Source: Octopus bimaculoides (lineage: Eukaryota). Taken from it: a stretch of DNA of 64,000 bases. Position numbers and translations under genes: made by a program. The notes beneath the pieces were generated by a model. That model was not told the DNA's origin. It did not search any database and saw only the letters and a program-made list of their open reading frames with translations. Positions within the stretch are counted from its first letter, which is position 1, and every line of letters starts with the position of its first letter. Below are positions 25,972 through 37,002 of this stretch, in pieces. The stretch spans positions 113,643,302 through 113,707,301 of the forward strand of contig NC_068985.1 of NCBI RefSeq assembly GCF_001194135.2. The letters are read 5' to 3'.

Positions 25972-26049
25972 CTTCGGAGCAGTAATTTGGGGTGATTATT
26001 GCCTTCAATGGAACGCTTTATTAAATCCTCCAGCAATGTCTTTAGAATG
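25972..26049 (-). CDS. PlexA: Plexin-A-like exon, GAP: (S)ILKTLLEDLIKRSIEGNNHPKLLLR(R)
   Basis: catttcag acceptor, GTAAGT donor; 78 nt; HPKLLLRR motif; not in the ORF track. Confidence 0.96.
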
Positions 26050-27499
26050 CTGAAATGATAAGAAAATAAAGTTTCAAATTGAGATGTCTATTAACGAATC
26101 ATCTATTACATGTCTGAAGTATTTAGAATTATTTCAAGAATTTAAGCCCGCATTGGAGTAGAAATTAGAAGTTGCTTTGTGTGTTTTTGTTTTTAGTTTT
26201 TGAAACCAGAGAGAAACTGTTAGTTTTTAATTTATTTATTTATTCTTTTTTCAGTGTAGTTCTGAATTGTTGTCACTGGTGCTGGTCTGCAGTCACCAGA
26301 CGATCCATCAACGTGAGGGGAGATGCCACGCTTCTCCGTGAACTCTTTAACTATGGCTGCTCGTCTTCCCATCCATGTTACGATAGTAGGGTAGGTTATC
26401 GGTGCAGTTTTTTTGGCAGAGCAAGCAGAGTGCTGCTAAACCACTGTCCTTGAAGATTCACTGCTATGTCCTACAATATAATTTCTTGAATCACACACAC
26501 ACACACACTTTAGGCAGTTAGCACTTATTTGAATTTCACATTCCTGTGAATTTCAAATAATTATATGTGAGATGCCAGCTGCAATAACCATAAATAACTC
26601 TTGCCCTGCAGCATTAAGAACTCCTAAACTTCTCACCTGTAGCTTCATATACCATATACATTATACACACATATGTGTGTGTGTGTGTATGTGTGTGTGT
26701 GTTTATATATATATATATATATAGATATAGATACTTGCTACTGATGAAGCTCAAAAAAGCAGAAATCCAAATTTAGCAATGTTACTGCTGTGTGATTTTC
26801 ACCTGCTGCTGATACATATGTGTTTTTTAACACTATACATCTTGAAGAGGTGCTTTCTTGAGATAAATACTGCAGTTTAAAAAAGGATTGCAACAGTATG
26901 TATGGTTTAAATAGGATATACAAATCACTAATTTAAACTAATACAGTGTCCATCACAAATAATAAATATATGTGTGTGTGTCCATATATCTTAAGATTGC
27001 TAATAATTTTTACAGAACAATACAATTATTCTTGTTGTGTCCATCTACTTTTGAGCAGAAGCATCAGTAAGCTTTATTTCCAAAATGTTAAGAATATATC
27101 TTGAACTTTATTCTAAAGTTTCTATAGAGAAACAAACAGCACATGGTCTCTCAGTCAAACACTTTAAATATATATGAGATGCAGATATGCTATTTAGTGT
27201 AATTCTGTAAAAGATTATATGCTTAGTTTTCTCGAAAATAATAGCAGTGTTATAAATCCATGAATAAAACATGCAGGACAAGCAACCACAGGATTGTAAT
27301 TTCAGCTTAGTTGTGTCTCATTCAGATGCAGTGCAGTGACGCTCACCGTTACTTTTTCAGTAAAATTTTATATTTGTAGTCTAGATAATTTAAGAAAATC
27401 ATTTGGTAGTGGCAATTACAGCATGAAGAAAATTACATAACATTAAAATATGAAGGACGTTATGTAAATTATATTATAGATGTAAGAATTAATGAAGAG

Positions 27500-27960
27500 A
27501 GAGGAGAATATAGTGAGGATGAAGGAGGAGATGGAATATAATGTGAGGTGAAGAGGGAGGGAGAAAGAAAGGGAGGGGAAATATAGTGAGGGAGAAGGGA
27601 AGGAAGAGAGAGAGAGAGAGAGAGAGGGCGGAATATAGTGAGGGAGAGGAAGAAAGGGAGATGGAAATATAGTGTGGGAGAGAAGGAAATATTGTGTGAA
27701 GAGAGAGAGAGAGAGGTAGAGAGAGGGAGGGGGAAATATAGTGTGTGGGAGGAAGGAAAAAAAAGAGGAAATGTAGTGTGAGGGATAAAGAGAAGGGGTA
27801 GGAAGAGAGGGGGAAGAAGAAAGAGGGGGAGGAAAAGAGAGGGGGAAGAAGAAAGAGGGGAGGAAAAGAGAGGGGGAGGAAAAGAGAGGGGAAAAGAGAG
27901 GGGGAAGAGCAAGGAAGAAGAAGAGTCAGGGAGAGAGAAAAAGAGAGGAAGAGCTACGAA
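27500..27960. repeat. Polypurine (GA/GGA) tract with about 8 interspersed GAA(A)TATAGTG(A/T)G units
   Basis: Motif copies at about 27506, 27535, 27579, 27631, 27665, 27687, 27734, 27769. Confidence 0.85.
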
Positions 27961-28025
27961 GACAGAGATTTGATAATTGAAAATGCTCGATGCAATACGT
28001 TGAAAAATTCCTCCTGGCAGGAGAA

Positions 28026-28150
28026 AAAAAATGGGGCCCAGAGCACACCTGGTGGTGTAAACTATGTCTGATTGCAAAGTAACAGAGAAAAAATGGAACC
28101 CAGAACTCACCTGGTGGCGTAAACCATGTCTGATTGCAAAGTAACAGAGA
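28026..28150. repeat. 62-bp-period tandem duplication of plexin exon 3' end and splice donor
   Basis: 28032-28088 vs 28094-28150: 51/57 identical. Confidence 0.92.
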
Positions 28151-28301
28151 TCAAAGATGCAACTTTGACTCGATCCCGCATTGTGAATGACTGGTGTGCC
28201 TCTAAAGTGCGTATAAACGTTAACAAGAATGTTGCATTCTTTATCAACTGCATGAAAAGCTGAAGAGGCTTGCTGTTTAGATTGGATGAGTTGGGCTGAT
28301 A
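28111..28301 (-). CDS. PlexA: Plexin-A-like exon, GAP: [63 protein letters not shown](S)
   Basis: ctctttgcag acceptor, GTGAGT donor; 191 nt; [21 protein letters not shown] motif. Confidence 0.97.
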
Positions 28302-28435
28302 CTGCAAAGAGAAATAATAAAACAAAACCACAAATAAATAAGCTTTTAGAATATTGGTAAACTTACTATAGGGGAAACTAGGGACATTACAAGACAATAA
28401 CAATTGATTGGGAAATGCATATGCATGCATATAAA

Positions 28436-29012
28436 TGACTATTGCTCTCAGCTATGGTCACCAACCAGTGTCAAATTAATCTCAGAACTTGAGGCAATCC
28501 AACGAAGCTACACGAAGAAGATAGCCTCTATGCAGCATATAAGCTATTGGGAAAGACTCAAGAGATTAAGACTCTATTCCTTAGAGAATAGACGAGAAAG
28601 ATATGCCATAATATACATCTGGAAGATCCTTGAAGGAATTGTCCCAAACTTTGGCATCGAAAGTTACACAAATAAAAGAACTGGACGCCATTGCATAGTG
28701 CCAAGGACTCCAAATTTGCCATCAAGATGTACGACAAGGTACTGCAATAGAGGTCCACAGCTCTTCAATATTCCCCCGAAGGACCTGAGAAACCTGCATG
28801 TGGTGGATGTAGGTGTCTTCAAGACGAGGCTGGACCTCTTCCTGTTAGGTGTCCCAGATGAACCAACTTCACGGCAGGAGGTGCAGATGAGAGCAGCTGC
28901 ATCAAACTCTCTCATGCACCAAATTTCAATTCCTGAAGTAAAATTGTGTAGCAACACCAAATGGCGGTGCCCCAGCATGGCCACAGCTAATGAGCTGAAA
29001 CTAGATAAAATG
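28436..29012 (+). mobile_element. 5'-truncated non-LTR retrotransposon (CR1/L2 group), C-terminal end of ORF2 plus 3' tail
   Basis: [70 protein letters not shown]: typical post-RT region of CR1/L2-group LINEs; followed by A-rich tail. Confidence 0.88.
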
Positions 29013-29158
29013 AAAAAAAAAAATGAAAATATATATATATATATAATAATATTAGGGACAAAATCCAAAATTACAGGTAAAAACTCAATTAAAATCATTT
29101 GGAAGTCATATAGTGGATTTTCATCGATGAGTTCTTGAAACTTGGTTATTTTCCCTAA

Positions 29159-29196
<38 letters not shown>

Positions 29197-29361
29197 NNNN
29201 NNNNNNNNNCATCATCGTTTAACGTCTGCTTTCCATGCTAGCATGGGTTGGACGATTTGACTGAGGACTGGTGAAACCAGATGGCAACACCAGGCTCCAA
29301 TCTAATTTGGCAGAGTTTCTACAGCTGGATGCCCTTCCTAATGCCAACCACTCAGAGAGTG

Positions 29362-29393
<32 letters not shown>

Positions 29394-29409
29394 TGTATAT
29401 AATAAAACA

Positions 29410-29737
29410 TATAGAAGCACTCCGTCAATTACGACCATGAAGGTTCCAGGTGATATGATCAACCGAACAACTTACTCGTGAAATTAATGTGCAAGCGGCT
29501 GAGAACTCCACAGACATGAGTACCCTTAACGTAGTTCTCTGGGAGATTCTGTGTGACACAGAGTGTGACAAAGCTGGCCCCTTGAAATACTGGTACTACT
29601 CATTTTTGCCAGCTGAGTGGACTGGAACAACATGAAATAAAGTGTCTTGCTCAAGGACACAGTGCATCGCTGGGGATTGAACTTACAACCTTATGATCGT
29701 AAGCTGAATGCCCTAACCACCAAGCCATGTGCCTTCA
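29410..29737 (-). mobile_element. SINE with family S-like head/body and family R-like 3' half
   Basis: Head GTGAAGGCACATGGCTTGGTGGTTAGGGC; 3' half matches about 8420-8585. Confidence 0.75.
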
Positions 29738-29883
29738 CTTATGTATGTATATGTAATATATATACATATATGTGTAAATGGATGCAGAAATGGCAGTGTG
29801 ATTTAAGAAGTTCACAGAGTTTTGCATCTTGTATAAGATACTCAATTTCTAATGCTTCCCTACAGAACATAAATATCACAAAC

Positions 29884-30097
29884 TACTGCATTTTCAAGTA
29901 TACAAATCAATGTGGCATAAAGTGCAAACAATGTGTAAGTATTCAAACAACTTCACTATCTTTCCAAATCCCGATGCATTTCACGTGGCATTTTCAGTCC
30001 TCCAAAGTTGATTTGGTGTACAAGTTGACCTGTCTTGTTTTTTGGCTATAAATTTTGGTCCAAAAAAAATTTGACTTGTGTACCAGAAAATACAGTA
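29884..30097. mobile_element. Tc1/mariner-superfamily (Tigger/Tc2-like) MITE; second copy 47067-47272
   Basis: Ends TACTGCATTTTC / GAAAATACAGTA; shared internal AAGTTGACCT...TAAATTTTGGTC block. Confidence 0.7.
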
Positions 30098-30422
30098 TAG
30101 AACAGAAACAATATAAAAGTTAGCTACACTTGTAAAAAGAACAAAAAAAATCCATAAAACACAAGATACAATTGCTATAGAACAATATACCAAATTAAAT
30201 TTATACATTATATTGGTTATTTGTAGCTTGCTATCAAGTTTACATGCTTGTGGTGTTTTGTTAATAAGCAGGTTTTTGTTCATATTGTTTTTGTAATATA
30301 CTATTGTCAGTTTATGGCTTGGTCTAAAGCATTTGGTGTTTTATTTTATGAGATCTTTTGCTTATGTATTTCACTGTTGTAAACCTTCCATACACTTTAT
30401 TCATAAAATACACTTTTACCAT

Positions 30423-30653
30423 TATCATTTCATGTAGTTTTCTGTGCTCTGCAAAGGGTCAAATGGAAATTTGTTGAGGCAGATTTTCTATGGGCAAATG
30501 CCCTTCTTGTCACCAACACCTTCCTATTTATAAGCAAGGTGATATTTCCCCCATAGCCAGACAGGTTTCTTGCAGAAGACTCTAAACAAACAGCATCACT
30601 TGTATGACAGTAATGCTCATTTACAATCATTTCATAATATCAAGATAAGGAGG

Positions 30654-30714
<61 letters not shown>

Positions 30715-30868
30715 CAGGCTTCTTTAAGCATCCATTTACTACATCTACTTACAAGGCTAACGTCAACCCAAGGCTAGAGCAGAAGATCCTTGTTCAAGGT
30801 GTTGTAAAGTGGAACTAGATCTGAAACCTTGCAGTTGCAAAGTGAGCATCTTACCCACGCAGTCATGC
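30423..30868 (-). mobile_element. SINE family C head + (TG)n hinge + tail B (also 50055-50472; 25026-25765 interrupted)
   Basis: Family C core, then long (CA)n at 30656-30712, then the AAGGTAATATTTCCC-containing module ending (GAT)n. Confidence 0.72.
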
Positions 30869-33194
30869 ACATGTATGTGCCCTATAGGCAAAGCTAGTGA
30901 GCTGCATGATGCATTTATTCAAATTTTGACACACTAATATTTTCTGTGTGAATGCACATGGCTCAGTGGTTAGAGCGTCAGTCTTGCAACTATGAGGTAG
31001 TGCATTGTGTTCTTGAGCAAGACTTTATTTCATGTTGCTTCTGTTCATTCTGCTGTAGAAATGAGTTGCAATGTCACTGGTGCCATGCTGTACTGTCCTT
31101 TACCTTTTCCTTGGTGGCATAGAGAGGGGCGGCTGGCATGCATGGACAACTGCTGGTCTTCCATAAACAACCTTGCCTGGACTTATGCCTTGGAGGGTAA
31201 CGTTCTAGGTGCAATCCCATGTTCATTCAAGATCAAAGAGGGTCTTTACCCTTTTACCCTAATATTTTCAATATATCTAAATATCATCATCATCACTTCA
31301 ATGTCCCCTTTTCTATGCTTACATGAGTCAGATGAAATGAAGCAGATTTTCTCTAGTTGGATGTCCTTCCTATTGCCAGCCTTTGGCCTTTGCCTGTTTC
31401 CAAGTAAGGTAATATTTCTTCCTGACTGGACGGGTTTTCACAGAATATCAGAAACAAAAGGACATTGCTCACATGACCGTGACACTCATTTACAACTATC
31501 ACGTGATGTTAAGGCAAGGAGACATTAACACACAAGCACAGATACACATGTGCACAAGCATACACATGTACAGACACAGACACACGCACGCATACACACA
31601 CACACACACACACATGCACACACACACACACATGCACAAGCACACACATGCACAAACACAGATTCACAAGCACGCACACACACACAAACAGGTTTCATTC
31701 GGTTTCCATCTACCAAACAAACTTCTTACCACACCTGCACACACAGTTAAACATTGTTAAATGGAGAAACATGATAAATATCACTTGCTTTGCACTAGGA
31801 ACATCAGAGATTAAATAGCAGGAATGGCAGATGGAATAAGCACTATTTTGAATTTAATTAACACATATAAGGTAATATTCTGGCACGCAAAGTTTACAAT
31901 AGCTGATACACTCAATACTTATTGCAGTTGTAAGCACATAAAGCATTTATAAATATAGCTACAGGAGGTATTCTTTAAAGTTTTCAATTGAATTCTTTGA
32001 TTTTACAGCCTTTGAGAATCCACCAAGTAAATTATCAAGGAAAAATAAATATTTTCCTTTGATTTGCTGTTATATAGAGCCATAGGTACACCATATTTAT
32101 CGTCATAGTTACCGTGTGACATACAGACCAATGTGATGACACATAGTTACAATAACTGTGACACAGTAAACGTGACATACACTTATAATAATGTCTTTTC
32201 CCTTCTACTATAGACATAAGGTCTGATATTTCAGGGTTGATTACACTGACCCCAATAGTCAACTGGTACTTATTTTATCAACCCTGAATTTAAAGCTGGA
32301 AGAAGTGACACTCAGTATTTTGTCTGGTGTGCTGATGAGTCTGCCAGTTCATTTGCCTTTAATAGTTTCTAATTTGGGCACAAGGCCAACAATGTTGCAA
32401 GGTATGGGTTAGTCAATTAGATCAACTCCAGCACCAAACTGTTGCTTTATTTCATTGGCTCTCAGAAAGTTGAAAACAGAGTTGACTTTGGTGGCCTTTG
32501 AACTCAGAATGTACACTACAAAAAATAATGCAAAATATTTTTTCCCATTAATACTAATGATTCTCTCAGCTCGCTACCTCATGTAGTTATAAAGACTTGC
32601 AATTATAATTGCTATAAATATCATGAATTATGGTCATAATTACAATGAAAGCAATTAAATCAAATATTAAACTGGAGAATCCCCACCTCCCAATCATCAC
32701 TTAACAGCAATGTTCCATGCTAGCATGGTTTCGATGGTTTGACGGAATCTGATGGGTCCAAGGATTGCACCCTGTCCCAATATCTGTTTTGGCATAGTTT
32801 CTTCAGTTAGATACCCTTCTTAATGCCAACCATTTTACAATGTGTACTAGGTGCTTTTTATTAGGTGTTCTAAGGAGCTGGATTTAGGCTAGGAAATTGG
32901 TTAGATTATAAAAGAAGGGTCCAGAGCTGAATAAGTTTCTTACTGCAGAGGAGTTACATGGTTACTTATATTTTATAAGTGGGCATAGGAATGATTGGGT
33001 GGAGCAGGGAAAAGATAAAAAATAGTGATGATGTGGTGTCTGAGTAGACCCCCAAGGTACAAGTCAAGGTAAGTCAGAGGTTCAGTTCTGTTATTTAGCA
33101 CCCTATGTAGCTCTGAGTTGACCAAAGCCTTGTGAATGGATTTGGTGAAAATAAAAGCCGATCATGAGTGTGCGTAAATGTGTGTATTAGTATA

Positions 33195-33235
<41 letters not shown>

Positions 33236-33597
33236 AAAGTTTTAAATTTAAATTTAAGAGAGAGATTTGACGCTAATATCCATTATTATTGTAATTTATT
33301 CCTATGTCAACATTTCTGTATAAAGCTATATTTGACCGTCAAATTTAAGTCAAACATATAAGTTGCCTTACACGTCTTCTATTGGTAACGATTACATGGT
33401 TTTCTATGAAAAATTATATATATACACACACACACACACANNNNNNNNNNNNNNNNNNNNNNNNNNNNNNNNNNNNNNNNNNNNNNNNNNNNNNNNNNNN
33501 NNNNNNNNNNNNNNNNNNNNNNNNNNNNNNNNNNNNNNNNNNNNNNNNNNNNNNNNNNNNNNNNNNNNNNNNNNNNNNNNNNNNNNNNNNNNNNNTA

Positions 33598-33724
33598 CAG
33601 GGTGTCCACAAAGTCTGGGTACATGGGGATTAACACATACTTTAAGAAATTATTATTTCTCATATTTAATTGATTATGTTATGATTTTATTTACTCCATG
33701 TACCCAGACCTTGTGGGCCCCCTG
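33598..33724. mobile_element. 127-bp Tc1/mariner-type MITE in a (TA)n site
   Basis: TIRs CAGGGTGTCCACAAAGTCTGGGTACATGG / CCATGTACCCAGACCTTGTGGGCCCCCTG, TA on both sides. Confidence 0.85.
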
Positions 33725-33970
33725 TATATATATATACACACACACTGGCTTGTGCTGATGTCACATTAAAAATACTAGTGTTGGGGCCACATAAAAAGCG
33801 CCCAGCACACCATGTAAAGTGCTTGGCATTAGGATGGACATCCAGCCATATAGAAACCATGACAAAACAGTCAAAGAAACCTGGTGTGTCTCCTGGCCTT
33901 ACCAGCCCCGGTCAAACCAGTCAACTCTTGCCAACATGGAAAATGGACATTAAATGTTGATGACGATATA

Positions 33971-34391
33971 CTCTTTTCCCTCTTTACTCTTTTACTTGTT
34001 TCAGTCATTTGACTGCGGCCATGCTGGAGCACCGCCTTTTAGTTGAGCAAATTGACCCCAGGACTTATTCTTTGGAAGCCTAGTACTTATTCTATTGGTC
34101 TCTTTTTGCCGAACCGCTAAGTTATGGGGACATAAACACACCACCATCGGTTGTCAAGCGATGTTGGGGGGACAAACACAGACACACAAACATATACACA
34201 TAAATACATACATATATATACATATATATATATACGATGGGCTTCTTTCAGTTTCCGTCTACCAAATCCACTCACAAGGCTTTGGTCGGCCCGAGGCTAT
34301 AGTAGAAGACACTTGCCCAGGTGCCACGCAGTGGGAATGAACCCGGAACCATGTGGTTGGTAAGCAAGCTACTTACCACACAGCCACTCCT
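33971..34391 (-). mobile_element. Best full-length SINE family C copy (tRNA-like head, CCTTGGGCAAGTG core, (TA/TG)n hinge, tail A)
   Basis: Complete from AGGAGTGGCTGTGTGG to GACTGAAACAAGTAAAAGAGTAAAGAG; colinear with 50612-50919, 24160-24532, 63773-64000. Confidence 0.9.
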
Positions 34392-34795
34392 GTGTCTATA
34401 CATATATATATTTATGAATGTGTGTGTGAGTGAGTGTACCCTTGTCTAGACACCATGTGATAGCTGTAAATGACCATCATCCTCATATAAACGAGGTTGT
34501 TTTGTTTGTAACTACATTGTTGCTTGACTTGTTAAACGTAGCAGTCAAAATCACCCTCAAGTAACACCTTGGTGTCTTGGAAAAAGGAAGGAATACATCT
34601 GATTATGTATTCTTAGATACACTATGTATGGAAAAAACTAAAGAGGGGATAATCGCAGCTGGAAATGGAATGGTTTTGATTTATACGTCTATTCGGTCAG
34701 AGCTGAAATTGGCACTACACAACAACAACAACAACAACAACAGTAGTAACTCTATATTTTTACCCTGATGGTTAGAGGGAAGGGGAGGAGGAGGA

Positions 34796-34830
<35 letters not shown>

Positions 34831-35204
34831 AATATTAAGAATCTGCTCTGCAGTTTGTAGAACATCTTAAATGTTTTCTCAGTGCGATTATCATTACATT
34901 ACTGTAAAATTCTTCACTCCTGCCATGACAACCACCACCACGACCACCGCCATTACCACCACCCTCCTCCTCCTCCTCTGACAGATAAGAATGCATTAAT
35001 GCACAGACATGCTTTTCAGCCCCATCCACCACACTCCTGGTCTCACATCACCATGTATGTATGAATGTATATACCCAGCACCACTATTACTGTCGGCGCC
35101 ACCACCTCTATTAATACAGTGCTGTGTATATATAGCGTGTAGGTTTAAAATTACCAACAATACATTAGATCTACTTTACAGAGGAAACAAAAACAAGGAA
35201 TCCA

Positions 35205-35385
35205 TTATGTAACAGTGAATATAATGCAGTCATTGTCAATATAAGGAAGTTTCTTGTTCAATAAAGGATCTCTTTGAGATTTTGTCTGTTTATGCACGTG
35301 TATATGTGTAAAAATGATATATGTATTACATATATATGTGTGTGTGTGTATTATATATAAAATGTGTGTGTATGTATCATATTCA

Positions 35386-35422
<37 letters not shown>

Positions 35423-35846
35423 GTGCGAATGTGTATGTATTACATACATATATATGTGTGTGTGTGTGTATGTGTGTGTCTGTATACATGTATGAGTACA
35501 CAGACGTATATATGTAGATGTGTGTATGTATATGTATACATATGTATGTGTGTATGTAATGTTTGTGTATGTATGTACATGTGTGTATGCATGTACATGT
35601 TTGTGTGTATATATGTATATGTGTGTGTGAATATATGTATGTGTGTTTGCATTTGTATGTATGTATATACATATATATACATACATATATGTATGTATGT
35701 ATATACATATATATACATACATACACTCGTATCTATACAAACACACACACCAGGCTGTCTATCTCTCTCCCATCATCATCATTTAATCATTTTATGTCCA
35801 TCTTTCATGCTGAGTGAGTCTTTCTATCTATCTATCTATCTATCTA

Positions 35847-35877
<31 letters not shown>

Positions 35878-35880
35878 GCT
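35205..35880. repeat. Compound microsatellite field (TA, TG, TATG, TCTA, TCTG)
   Basis: Read directly. Confidence 0.9.
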
Positions 35881-36399
35881 CCCCACCCACAACCACCACC
35901 ACCACCACACAATGTATACCTACATATATATAGGTCAAGGCATAGCTATGTGGTTAAAAAGTTTGCTTTGCAATCACGTGGTTTCAGGTTCAATCTCACT
36001 CTACAGCAAGTGTCTTACTATAACCCCAGGTCAACCAATCAATGCCTTGTGAGTGAAACTGTTTTATATTTGCACCTAATTGCATTTCAAAAATTTCTTA
36101 AAAATTAGGAGGAAAAAAGAGGATTTTTACTGAATGCATAATATCATGATGACTTTTATATGTTATTAGTGTAGCTTCATATATTCTCTGAGTAATATTG
36201 ATTCAGTAAAATTTCCCATAGCAATCTATTTAACACGAACTTGACCTCACTTAGTGAATGTCAAACAGATTGCAGCCAGCTGAATATCTAATTTATCAAT
36301 GTTGTTATCTATCAATGCAAACAAACAAAGAATTACACATATCTAATTGCAAAGCTAATTAAAGTGTAAACGTAAGATTTCATTAAGAAACTGAGATGA

Positions 36400-36589
36400 G
36401 AAGGTATGGCTGTGTGGTTAAAGAAGCCTGCTTTGCAGCGATGTGGTTTCAAGTTCAGTCCCAACTGCATGATACTTGGTATATACAGAGTCTTCTACTA
36501 TAGCCCCAGGTCGATTAAAGCCTTGTGAGTGGATTTGGTAGATGGGAACTGAAAGAAGCCTGTTGTGTGTGTGAGTGTGTGGATGTATG

Positions 36590-36636
<47 letters not shown>

Positions 36637-36797
36637 GTATGTGTGTCTTTGTCACCCCACTATTGCTTGACAACTGATGGTGTGTTTACATCCTTGATAC
36701 TTAGCGCTTTGGCAAAAGAGGCCAATAGAATAAGTACTAAACTTACAAAGAATAGGTCCAGGGGTTGATTTCTTCAACTAAAAAAAACCCTTTTAAG
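36400..36797 (+). mobile_element. SINE family C, tail A, ending at a gap
   Basis: Head, core, (TA)n hinge, AATAGAATAAGTACT block. Confidence 0.78.
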
Positions 36798-36947
36798 NNN
36801 NNNNNNNNNNNNNNNNNNNNNNNNNNNNNNNNNNNNNNNNNNNNNNNNNNNNNNNNNNNNNNNNNNNNNNNNNNNNNNNNNNNNNNNNNNNNNNNNNNNN
36901 NNNNNNNNNNNNNNNNNNNNNNNNNNNNNNNNNNNNNNNNNNNNNNN

Positions 36948-37002
<55 letters not shown>

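Noticed and set aside
27469-28110. 213-aa Leu/Ser/Pro/Phe-rich minus-strand ORF starting with plexin-like residues
   Set aside because: It is the duplicated exon end plus the polypyrimidine tract, starting at the intron's GTG donor; no evidence of coding.
28296-28303. In-frame tandem acceptor GCAG-TATCAG (would delete YQ)
   Set aside because: Possible, but such sites are common and nothing in the sequence supports use.
28664-29215. 183-aa minus-strand ORF
   Set aside because: Antisense shadow of the LINE ORF plus microsatellite.
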